From Sphaeroforma arctica JP610 (lineage: Eukaryota), in assembly GCF_001186125.1 (NCBI RefSeq), contig NW_014040033.1:1-43673 (forward strand): 43,673 nt of DNA, written 5' to 3'. Position numbers and translations under genes: made by a program. The notes below the pieces were generated by a model. That model did not search any database. It worked only from the letters and a program-made list of their open reading frames with translations, and was not told the DNA's origin. Of this stretch, positions 11,965 through 21,335 are shown in pieces (the stretch's first letter is position 1; every line of letters begins with the position of its first letter).

Positions 11965-13645
11965 TTGCCAAAAGCAACTAAAAACGTGCAGACAGAAAAA
12001 GCACCCACTGACAATACTGTCGAGGATAGTAGTGTGGGCAATGACATACAGAGCAGTATAATGGACGGTATCGCGCGCGAGGCACCCGAGACTTCCATAA
12101 CCATCGGCCAGAGGGCTGCAGAGCACGACCAGGGGACATATGCAGTTGCGATTAGATTCGCGGCCGCAAGCGTATCCCAAGGGCACGATGCCGTCAGTGT
12201 AGATAGAGATGCCGGATTCACACAGCAGGGTATTGAAAGTATCGCCATAGGCAAAGAGTCCGGGCATAACAAGCAGGGAGTGCGCGCCATTGCACTGGGA
12301 TTGCTCGCCGCCCACCAGCGCCAAGGCATGTCTGGAGTGGCCATCGGTGACAGTACTGGACTCGACTCGCAAGGTGCATAAGGTGCATACAGTATTGCTC
12401 TGGGCCCATCTGCAGGTGGCGAACACCAGGGTATATAAGTCGTTTCCATTGGATTTGGTAGTGGCAGCAAGTTTCAGGGCAACAGTGCGGTTGCCATTGA
12501 ACGAGATGCTGGCACGGTGGACCAAGGTCTCAAAGCCATAGCTGTGGGGTACGGTGCCGGCGCGAACACGCAGTCGCTCGGTAGCGTGGCAATTGGCGAT
12601 CTCTCCGGCAACATGGGACAGGATATGAACGGTGTTGCGCTTGGGCCGTCCGCCGGACAGATGATGCAGTATATAGGTGCCGTGGCCATTGACCATTTGT
12701 CGGGGTTTACTGACCAGAGTGTTGGTGCCATTGCCGTTGGGCGACTCGCCGGTCAGACTGGGCAGAGTGAGCATGCACTGGCATTTGGCTTTGGTGCGGG
12801 AAATTTGGACCAGGGTGATGATGCCATAGCCATAGGCAGGTTGGCCGGACAGACGCAGCAGGCCCCTAATAGTGCTATTCTAAACGCGAGCGGTGTAGCG
12901 TTGGACGCTCTGACCGAAGGGTTGTTTGTCGACCCCATTAGGGGTGCAGAAATGACTGACCATGTGTTGTATTACGATACAGACACAAAAGAGATGATTT
13001 TCAGCAAGCTTCCTGAACTGGAACAGCAGATTGGTGACGGGACATGTGTATCCGACTATCCTCACTGGGACGGGTCCAGCTGGGTGGCGGGGGGTACGGA
13101 GGTGGGAATAGCCTGCGGTGCGGCGGCAGTGTCCCAAGGCTGAAATACAGTAACAGTGGGCAAAGATGCCGGCAACGACTCACAAGGCGCAAATGCTATT
13201 GCAGTTGGTCAACTCGCCGGCCAGATGGGGCAGGGGGAAGATGCTGTGGCCGTTGGTGGTGGGGCCGGGCTTGACTCGCAGGGTATATACGGGCAACGCC
13301 TTCTTTTTGCCCAGAAAAACCTCATTTTTATTCACCGATTGCAAAATCGCCTTCTTTTTTTACCATTCTGAAAATCACCTTCTTTTTGAACCATGTCCCA
13401 AAATCACCTTCTTTTTTTACCAATTTTTTTTTTGTGTGTTTGGCAGGGTGGCTCTGAGCCCTTGCCAGCTAGCCCAGCCAGCGAGCCGGGGCCTGTATGT
13501 GCAATTTGCCGTGGCCATTGGAAGCCTTGCGGGTGAAACGAACCAGGCTGAGGGTAGCATTGTCCTAAACGCATCAGGGGCGGCACTGAACGCGGCGAGC
13601 GCGGGCAATTATGTATTTTTGAAATCAGATTTATTTGACGTATAA
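11965..13645 (+). pseudogene. YadA-like 15-aa-repeat fibre/surface protein pseudogene (longest copy), interrupted by an insertion
   Basis: ORFs 11965, 12517 and 13156 share one frame, broken by stops at 12379, 12436 and 13141. About 20 AxAIGxxAGxxxQG repeats with connector NSAILNASG..GLFVDPIR..VLYYD..GTCVSDYPHWDG. Resumes (QFAVAIGSLAGETNQ..IVLNASG) at ~13499 after a T-rich insert. Confidence 0.85.
13291..13495. mobile_element. ~200-bp non-coding insertion, MITE-like fragment with internal repeats
   Basis: Breaks the fibre-repeat frame. Four copies of (aaaat)c(a/g)ccttcttttt near 13296, 13343, 13371 and 13400; GC-rich end gccggggcctg. No clean TIR or TSD. Confidence 0.5.
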
Positions 13646-13657
13646 AATAAATAGAAG

Positions 13658-14710
13658 ATGGCGGCCTTGATCATCTTTGCGATGATATTTTTGCTACTCG
13701 TGGTGGTTGGCGTAGTCTGTGCACTCGTATATTTTACGTCCACCACTGACGACACGACCACAGCCACAACCGAAACAGCGACTACGGTCAGCACGGCCGC
13801 AGACTCTACTACTGGAGCCCTGACTAACCGATCATGTACTACTACTAGTGGTGGGAGTGGCAATCGTCAAATGCCGCGCCTTGGGCTCGGTGTGTACGCT
13901 GGACAAGAGGCCAAGGGACTGGATGTGGGCTTTGAGTGGAGATACTACACCATGGCCGAGCTCAGCAGCCCCACGAGCAGGGGCGAGTACAACTGGACGA
14001 CACTGGAAAAGGATCTGGTAGGCGCCAAGTCCCGTGGCCGGCCAATGGTCGTGCGGATCCAGGACCAGAGTGGCACCAACTCTGGTGACGACCAAAAGTC
14101 TTTACTGCCCCCGTACGTGAGCCAGCCGAACAAGGTGCTGTTCGGCAGCTCAAAGTTTGTGGGTGTGGACTGGTCGTCCACGGACGTGCAGCAGTTTGAG
14201 CTCGACTGTTTCACGGCGTTCGCGGCCAAGTTCGATAAGGACACGCGGATAGCGTACTTGCAAGCGGGCTGGGGGTTCTGGAGCGAGAGCCACCTGTACC
14301 ACGACGGCACCGACTATATCAAGCACGGGGTCAACTATCCTTCAAAAGAGTACCAGGCCAAGTTTGTGGACCACCTGGCCGGCCTGTTCAAGTGTCTGAC
14401 GTTTTCGTTCAGCATTGACGGCGCGCTCAGCGGACTGCCCCTGGATGATTTGAGGTACGGGGTCTTTAACGACTCGTTGACGGCCAAGGGGAGTAGTAGC
14501 CAGGACACGTACTATGAGCAGCTCAACTTTGCAGAGCGCAACAAGACCCGGCCAAGCGGCGGCGAGTTCCTCGACTTGATCAAGACGCCGTTTGGGGATG
14601 CGGCGCTCCTGGAACGCGTCAAAAAGTACAATGTGCAGTACGTGTTTGCGAACCAGCAGCGCGAGGACTCGAACTGGGACCAGGCCGTGGCGGCCGTGAT
14701 ACAGGCATGA
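13658..14710 (+). CDS. Intact membrane-anchored glycoside-hydrolase-like protein (catalytic region of DUF4832-containing, GH42-like TIM-barrel proteins)
   Basis: 350-aa intronless ORF with an N-terminal hydrophobic helix (aa 3-26) and Thr-rich linker. Then GEYNWTTLE..MVVRI..PPYV..DWS..AAKFDKDTRIAYLQAGWGFWSESHLY..YPSKEYQ..GVFNDS..GGEF, the motif series of bacterial DUF4832-family proteins. Lacks their C-terminal domain. Confidence 0.8.
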   Translation: MAALIIFAMIFLLLVVVGVVCALVYFTSTTDDTTTATTETATTVSTAADSTTGALTNRSCTTTSGGSGNRQMPRLGLGVYAGQEAKGLDVGFEWRYYTMAELSSPTSRGEYNWTTLEKDLVGAKSRGRPMVVRIQDQSGTNSGDDQKSLLPPYVSQPNKVLFGSSKFVGVDWSSTDVQQFELDCFTAFAAKFDKDTRIAYLQAGWGFWSESHLYHDGTDYIKHGVNYPSKEYQAKFVDHLAGLFKCLTFSFSIDGALSGLPLDDLRYGVFNDSLTAKGSSSQDTYYEQLNFAERNKTRPSGGEFLDLIKTPFGDAALLERVKKYNVQYVFANQQREDSNWDQAVAAVIQA

Positions 14711-14754
14711 TATTAAAAAATATATATAATAAAAAAATAGACCGTATTTAAAAT

Positions 14755-14916
14755 ATGCGTTCAAAAACTCCAATTCTTGTCGTTGTTGGACTGCTGGTCC
14801 TAGGAATACTGTTTGTTGTTGGTATGAGATACAACGTGCTGGCGTACATGGTGATTACCCAAGCCAACTATATAGAAAATTTGAAGAAATCGCCCGAATC
14901 ATCAGAAGAAACTTGA
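14755..14916 (+). CDS. 53-aa small single-pass membrane protein (not in supplied ORF track)
   Basis: ATG 14755 to TGA 14914-14916: MRSKTPILVVVGLLVLGILFVVGMRYNVLAYMVITQANYIENLKKSPESSEET. Preceded by a 44-nt A/T-rich spacer. Confidence 0.6.
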   Translation: MRSKTPILVVVGLLVLGILFVVGMRYNVLAYMVITQANYIENLKKSPESSEET

Positions 14917-14920
14917 TTTT

Positions 14921-15008
14921 ATGTACCCGATTTTTATATATCTGATTTATTTACCCGATTTTTTTATACCTGATTTATATATACCTGATTTGTATATAGC
15001 TGAATTTT
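14921..15008. repeat. Short degenerate tandem array of (A)CC(C/T)GATTT(T)ATAT, ~14-15-bp period
   Basis: acccgatttttatat/atctgatttatt/acccgatttttttat/acctgatttatatat/acctgatttgtatat/agctgaattttat, lying between convergent ORF ends. Confidence 0.8.
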
Positions 15009-16060
15009 ATACACCAACGCCACTAACCAACCACGGCCAGTTGGCGGGGAACCCTCCAATATCAGCAAGGATTTGCTTTTCGACCCTGTCGTACACCGTC
15101 TGTCGATCCACCCAATAGCCGCGGCGTCGCGAATGGTGGCGGTGGCGCCTGTACCGGCCATAATTCTCATACTCGTAGTCGTCGTCGTCGTCGTCGTCAT
15201 CGCCATCGTCATCTTCAGACTTGTCGTCACCACCTCGGGCCACATCTACAGCCATGTTGAATGCAGAGTTTCTATCGGCATTGTACGAAGTACAGTCAAA
15301 CAGAAATCGCATTTCGGCCATGCGACGGGCTACTTGCTCCACGTTTGGCTGTCCGGTCCGGATAAACTGCTGACAGAGTCGCGAGTCTGACCGACGCACA
15401 AGTCCAAGTGTTGACAAAGCATGGTCCAGAAGCCCGTGTCTCTTGTACTGGTCGAAATGCAACAATGACTGTGCCACAGTCATTGTTGATACAGGGTTAC
15501 GTAAAATCTTTTCGTGGCGCGCAGATTCTTCTTCAAAAAGTACACATCCGTCTTGCTCATCAGTGTCATCAGAGCATAGCCAAGTCCAAAAACGTCCAAA
15601 TATAGAGGGTACGAACCCCAAATGCACCGTGGCCTCAACGTGCACCTTGATAGCGACATTTGGCATCTTGAGGGCGGGAGCGTCCATTGGATCTACAAGT
15701 CGCAATAAATCAGTAACACACTCGGCAGTAGCCTCAAGCCCCTCCAGGTGGTCGTCGCGGTATTGTCTAACGTTGTACAATTTCATAGAAAAAAGCGACA
15801 TGACGGGCACCAGAGACTTTCAGACCTTCTGCAACCGCACACCGCGACCAACTTTAACAGGGGCGTTGGGATACTTGAGCTGAGTCGGCGTTATCCAGCT
15901 CAACGTCTCGTCGCCGAATTCCAGTTTACAGCCGGCTACGATGCTCTCGCAGCGCGAAAACTGGACCATCCGGGCAAAGGTCATACCGCTAGCCACCTTG
16001 CCGGTCCTGAGGAACGACGCGATCCGTGGAACCAGTTCGTCGGCGTCGGCCCACAAATCC
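15007..16060 (-). pseudogene. RSDSRLC-motif hypothetical protein of a type seen in large DNA viruses and some eukaryotes; 5' part disrupted and truncated
   Basis: ORF 15007..15810 has R..LLDHALSTLGLVRRSDSRLCQQFI..G...V..V.RRMAEMRFLF..T.Y, a poly-Asp tract and terminal GGFPANWPW. The same frame continues upstream through one TGA (15820-15822) to ~16060. Confidence 0.6.
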
Positions 16061-16062
16061 AC

Positions 16063-16868
16063 TAGCATTGCCCTGGGTACAGACGCAGGTGCAGAAAACC
16101 ATGGTATATCAGCCATTTCCATTGGGTTGGTAGCGGTAGCAAGTTTCAGAGAGACAGTGCCGTGGCCATTGGTCGAGATGCCGGCACGGTGGACCAGGGT
16201 CTGAAAGCCGTAGCTGTCGGGTACGGTGCCGGGAGGAACACACAGTCGCGCGGTAGCGTGGCAATTGGCGATTTCGCCGGTAATGTGGGGCAGTCGATGA
16301 ACAGTGTTGCTATTGGGCCGTCTTCCGGGCAGACGATGCACGGAACAGGGGCCGTGGCCGTTGGACACTTGTCTGGGCTGACTGACCAGGGTGCCAGTGC
16401 TCTTGCCGTTGTTCGACTCGCCGGTCAGAAGGAGCATGTACTAGCAATTGGCTTTGGTGCCGGTAATTTGAACCAAGGTGATGATGCCGTAGCAGTAGGC
16501 AGATTGGCCGGACAGACGCAGCAGGCCCCTAACAGTATTGTACTGAACGCGAGCGGTGTAGCGCTGGACGCTGTGACCGAAGGGTTGTTTGTCGACCCCA
16601 TTAGAATGGTCGCTAGTGGAGACAATGTTGCGCTCGCGTGCAATGCCGGCGCTATCGCACAGGGTGATAAGGCCGTTGCGATCGGGGCTAGTGCTGAAAG
16701 TGAAAACTAGGGCGACTACACGATTGCTGTTGGTGCATACGCTGGAAGCAAAGACCAGGCCGCCAATAGTGCTATTCTAAACGCGAGCGGTGTAGCGTTG
16801 GACGCTCTGATCGAAGGGTTGTTTGTCGACCCCATTAGGGGTGCAGAAATGACCGACCATGTGTTGTA
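16063..16868 (+). pseudogene. Third YadA-like repeat fibre gene fragment, paralogous to 12391-12971
   Basis: SIALGTDAGAENHG..(frameshift)..AVAIGRDAGTVDQGLKAVAVGYGAG is collinear with 12391 onward. Stop at 16708; truncated at 16868. Confidence 0.85.
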
Positions 16869-17199
16869 ATTAAATGACGCAGCTTTTTATATGAACCATC
16901 AAAACATGTTAATGATGTGCTTGTGAAGCACAGATTAAAGAAAAAGGAGCACAACATTCACGACAGTTATACGCAACCAAAAACCCAGTTTTGAAGGCTG
17001 TCGAAACGGAGATGTTTATATACTTCTATATGTCGGTTAAATCTGAGGCTGGAGACCAATATAGCAAATGAAGTAGCCTGCTCAGATTGTGTGGAAATTC
17101 TTAGGCAACAACCGACGGAAGCCAGTGACTACTGTATGACTACTAACTATATACGCATCAATAGTGTTCTGTATAGACTTTCGTATGTGCTTCCGCTAG

Positions 17200-20100
17200 A
17201 GTGACATGGCCGAACACTCACCCAATGCGGCAGTGCAATCGGCATGTGACTTGGTAGCTTCCTATCATCAACTGCTGCTACACTCAAACTTTAAGAAATG
17301 CATAAACACGATAAAAGTTTCACCAGCCGAGATGCCTTCAGGAAGGAGTCGAAAACGGTTGCTATGGTATGCAACACTTTACGAACACGACCTTTGCGCT
17401 CATCAAGGCATACAAAGAATACCTTGACGTTGGCAATATGGCGCACAGGTGAGGGCTGCGACGGACTATCCTGGAGGTACTCAATGAACAATGGAATGGC
17501 CTGCTTCGGTTTATGTGCATGTATATAGCAAAGGATTTACATCCTCAATCGCTTAAATGTCAACTGGGGTTTTTATTTGATGTTGCTACGGTATTATTTG
17601 GAAAGGAAGATATCCATATCAAGTCTGCCATCTTGAGAAACAGAGCACAGGCGCTCTTTGTCAGACCACCACCAATCAAATAGACAGGAGCTGGTCTCGC
17701 TGTTGACTGTGCTACCATGGTGGTAAATCTATGTTCCGGGGTTTGTGGACCTTGCAGCAGTGCTTTCGGACCTTATCGGGAACCGTGTTGTGTTCCAGTG
17801 GGAGACAGTTTATCAGGTAGCGTACTCCTATGCTTGCTATTGGTGCACGGATCCGTTTGTACTAACTTCTACCGCACTAACGAATAGTAGTGACACCAGA
17901 CGCCAAGTAACAGATGAGATGGTGCTATTATATTTGTTCAAATCCTCTCCCCCCTCAATGAGGAACTGAAAATCATAACAAAATCTAATGACTGCTGCAA
18001 AGAACTTGGCATGCCATCGGTCTATATTCATTCACAGGTTCCAAGATCGGCTCTTCTAGATGGCAGGACGAACGACTAATTCTGCAACGAAGGTAAGGTT
18101 CAAGAAATCGTGGAGCCATCATAAGTAACCAGGCCTCAGAACCTCGCTACGTTTCCCAGGATGGCAAGTATACCAATGGTGTATGCGGCTCAGACACTCA
18201 GGAACCTACGCTCCATACCAAGCTGAAAGGCTGGCTTACCAAAATAATACTATAGCACAAGTATTAGGCAGCCATACGCCTCGTGACCGCATGTTGACTG
18301 ATGGGGCCGTGTTGTCGACCAACCACGACCATCCAGTTCATGCCTCTATCTGGTGCACAGTTCAAAGACGCTCAGTTGTCTCCCGATCAGACCCTGGCTT
18401 CTTTCGAACCCCAGTTGATCAGGGCACAAGGTCTGGCCTCTGAGATATCCACCCGCAATTACTTGCTGGTCATTGACCGGGTTATGTTTTCCGGACACCA
18501 ACATGCATTCCCTGACGAACAGGACGACATAGTATATATTATAAGAGAATATTACGTTTCTGACCACATCAGATCAGAACCTCCGGTAGCAGATATGACT
18601 ACACTTCCACAGTATTTGAGAGACCCAGGTAGTACCATAGGCGAGTTTGAGCGCCACTATCCCATGGTATTTCGGTCCAGTATGCTCAGTGATTCCTAAG
18701 TACAACTATCATGCTACATCACGAGAAATTCTCGGCATCCGCTTGGCCGTCAGAAAGATAGCGTTTCTGGCACACATGCCATTTCTTCCCACAGTTGTGC
18801 TTTCCGACCACGGGCCGTTGATTAATATTGTAGTAGACACGTCCACCCTATATGCACTCTCGTTTGGTCAAATATCAACGGTGGATGCACAGCATAAATA
18901 TATCAACAACATTCGGGTGACTATCTGTCGCGGCGTCTAGACACCACAGACGAGTTGTTGCTTCAGAACACAACCTCCTCTGATTAGTGGCGTTTTCTCC
19001 TACAGGGTCACCACGAGCTACACAGGTTACGGGCCCTTTGCATGCCTCCCAGACACTCCCACATAGTCCCACCGGACACCGGCGTAGTATAGTCGTTATG
19101 GCACCTGTTGGGCTGATCCGTCTCAACTAGAGCTGTTTGCAAGTCATTAAATCACGTGCTGCTGACCTACTATACTAGGGAAGGGCTGGGGCCTATGACC
19201 TTGACGCCTAACATGTAAGCACACAGTACAATCGCTCTTCTATAAATTTCACCGTGGAGGAACATTGACAAGTTCCTTCGCACGCGTCTTGTACTGGTTG
19301 TATCTCATGCCTCTTCAGTTGGTACGTCCTGTGTGATCGAGGATATTAAGGCTCTTACCTAGAGACAGTCCCGATCATTCTTACACAAGCTACTACTGCT
19401 AAATCCTAACTGACTTAAATTGTATCTTAGTTTATTTAGCTTAGTTGAAACTTAGTAATATCTATCGAAGCTTACAAGGTACACCCACTCACACAACAGA
19501 ATCCGCCGATATTGTGATCACGGACCTAATGTACAACCCCGAGTCTGGACAAAGCCAGTCTTACCGCCACCTGAATTCCCCTTGTGTACCATGTTTTCCC
19601 AAACCCGACCACTGATGCAGGCCTCCACAACCGCCGCAAGGCTAAGGCAGAAACACACACTCGCCGTTCTGAAGCCTGAGAGATAGCTGTGTTAACGGAA
19701 ATTGCGGTACTCATCCTGGGGTACATAGACCAGTCAGTGGGACCGAAGATGATTTACCGCGCCCTGTGGATCTGGCATGATGCATATATCCGTCTGGCAC
19801 CACAATGCCTGCATGCATTTGCACATGAGAAACGTGCTTGGAATGTTCCGACCGACATCTTTCATACGGTTATCTCGTCCTGTGGAGAATGATCTTGGGT
19901 CGGACTACCGACGGGATTCACCCGCGGTCTTCTCCAACAACAAGAACAAGCCACGACATTAGGGGAGGAAGTTAATCTGGACTTTCCATTGTGTACAAAC
20001 CGATAAACACGACTATGTCTCCATTATCATTTTGACTCAAGGCGGCTGCACCCTGCGTGTGTTTGCACAACCTCTCCACAAGTCTAATTATAAGGCCAAT

Positions 20101-20360
20101 GTATTTATAGACTTCTGCAACGCCCAGCTTCTCTTACGAGGACACGTACAGACGTACATGGTTGACAAGAACAGTGTGATTATGTGCGATGAATTTGAAG
20201 CCTACGCTGAAGCCAACTAAAACGCACGGATTCAGGCAATGGAAGAATCGAAGTGCTAGCATGCACACTGAAGTACTAGCTAAAACGATCCTTAGGACCA
20301 CCAATGGCGTGAGATGGTGCCGGAATTTATCGCCAATTATAATGCCGCACACTCGAGTGA
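17200..20360 (+). pseudogene. Degenerate Ty3/gypsy pol: RT - RNase H - integrase
   Basis: RT: SACDLVASYHQLLLH (17239-17283, cf. SKLDL.SAYHQI), FGL..QR and a frameshifted Y(F)DV near 17575. RNase H: YPMVFRSSMLSDS/YNYHATSREILGI..VVLSDHGPL (18655-18820). Integrase: WHDAY..W..SCGE*, EEVNLDF, GHVQTYMVDKNS, NGRIEVLACTLK (20238), WREMVPEFIANYNAAHSS. Domain order is RT-RH-IN. Confidence 0.8.
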
Positions 20361-21182
20361 TATCAATACCTTATACCTTGAAAATGGTTAGAAATTACAC
20401 TCACAATACTGATACGCTGGTCGTAGCGGTGCTACACAAGGTATTGGGCTGTGCTGAACCTAATATATCTTCTCGCCAAAGGCCAGTTGAACAAGATAAG
20501 GGGGCGGTTGAAGCGGAGGAAACCCCACGTGCATTGCAGAAAGTATCGAATCGATGGTTTATAATCGAGAATAGGCGTGAAGATAAGTTTGCCAAAGACT
20601 GGCTCGGCCCAGCCGAGGTTCTGGCACACGTGGCTCTGGTGATGAACTTTATCATTGACGAAGCCCTCAATAAGGGATACCGGTTGCATCTCAAGAATAC
20701 TAAGGCTTGTGTGCCGCCATTTGGTCGTCAGGACAAACGTCATTAGGCACGATTGGCACATCTCCTTATAGGCAGTAGCTTTGGGTTTCTCCCCCTTTCG
20801 CAAATGAGGATAAAGCTCATCTCTCCGAGCTGCGATTGCAGCGTTTCAAAGCAGTGTCCCTATACACTGCTACTTTGTCGCTTGTATTGGTGCTTTTAAG
20901 CACTGAACACGATCTTATTTCCAACAGATTGGACCAAGGGCGACACTTTCTCTGATGACGATGAGACATTTTTTCGCACATCATATGCCTATCCTTAACT
21001 CGGATACAGCGTTGACTAATCTTAAAAAGACCTACAGATTTGCTACTAGCCGTCTGGAACGAGGAACGCAGCTCGCTTAATGAGCTGTAACGAAGCAAGC
21101 GGAAGGTTGTCAACGATTTGAATAGCCACTACTTGCCTTCTCTTTTTAGTCGCCAAATCCGGACAGTATCTTACAACAGGGT

Positions 21183-21335
21183 TGTAATAGCAGTTGGGTC
21201 ATAAACCAGGACCTGTACATTGAAAATCGAATGCCCTGTACCAGCTGATAGGAGAAGGAAATATAAATTTAGTTTAGGACATACACATGGATACTCATGT
21301 GTATGCATAAAAACCATGGACTAGCCTGGGTTCTT
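21183..21335 (+). mobile_element. LTR copy B (5' part; end not resolved), downstream of integrase
   Basis: Starts TGTAATAGCAGT; diverged direct repeat of 6551-6697; position fits a 3' LTR. Confidence 0.6.

Larger units (their letters stand above)
8325..16868. mobile_element. Endogenous viral element, giant-virus (Nucleocytoviricota)-like, decayed and internally deleted
   Basis: Dense intronless ORFs and pseudo-ORFs separated by short A/T-rich spacers. Includes an RNAP largest-subunit fragment, YadA-like repeat fibre genes and an RSDSRLC-family gene. Many nonsense codons and frameshifts. Left boundary uncertain (8325-8970); right boundary sharp at 16868, mid-gene. Confidence 0.72.

Noticed and set aside
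13283..13481. Insert in the fibre gene as a newly gained spliceosomal intron
   Set aside because: The best acceptor (tggcag, 13446) gives a stop within four codons. A weaker AG at 13481 restores frame, but the gene already has three upstream stops.
15850..15960. Similarity of IVAGCKLEFGDETLSW..KYPNA to the mRNA capping enzyme OB-fold motif
   Set aside because: The key R.DK residues are missing and there is no other guanylyltransferase motif; too weak to call.
11802..16643. Long minus-strand ORFs 11802..12470, 11956..12774 and the 5' part of 15820..16437
   Set aside because: Antisense shadows of the GC-rich fibre repeat genes.
8974..16868. Alternative genetic code or programmed readthrough explaining the in-frame stops
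   Set aside because: All three stop types occur, at positions aligning to different residues (Q, R, E, G), together with frameshifts and truncations. This is ordinary decay.
8974..16868. Methylation- or RIP-type C-to-T mutational signature in the viral block
   Set aside because: Some stops fit C-to-T (10212, 16708, 9442) but others fit G-to-T (9196, 10665), and CpGs remain plentiful. Not supportable without counting substitutions against a consensus.
20189..20746. 185-aa ORF as an independent gene
   Set aside because: Overlaps the frameshifted integrase core, whose motifs lie in the other two frames; most likely the decayed integrase C-terminal region.
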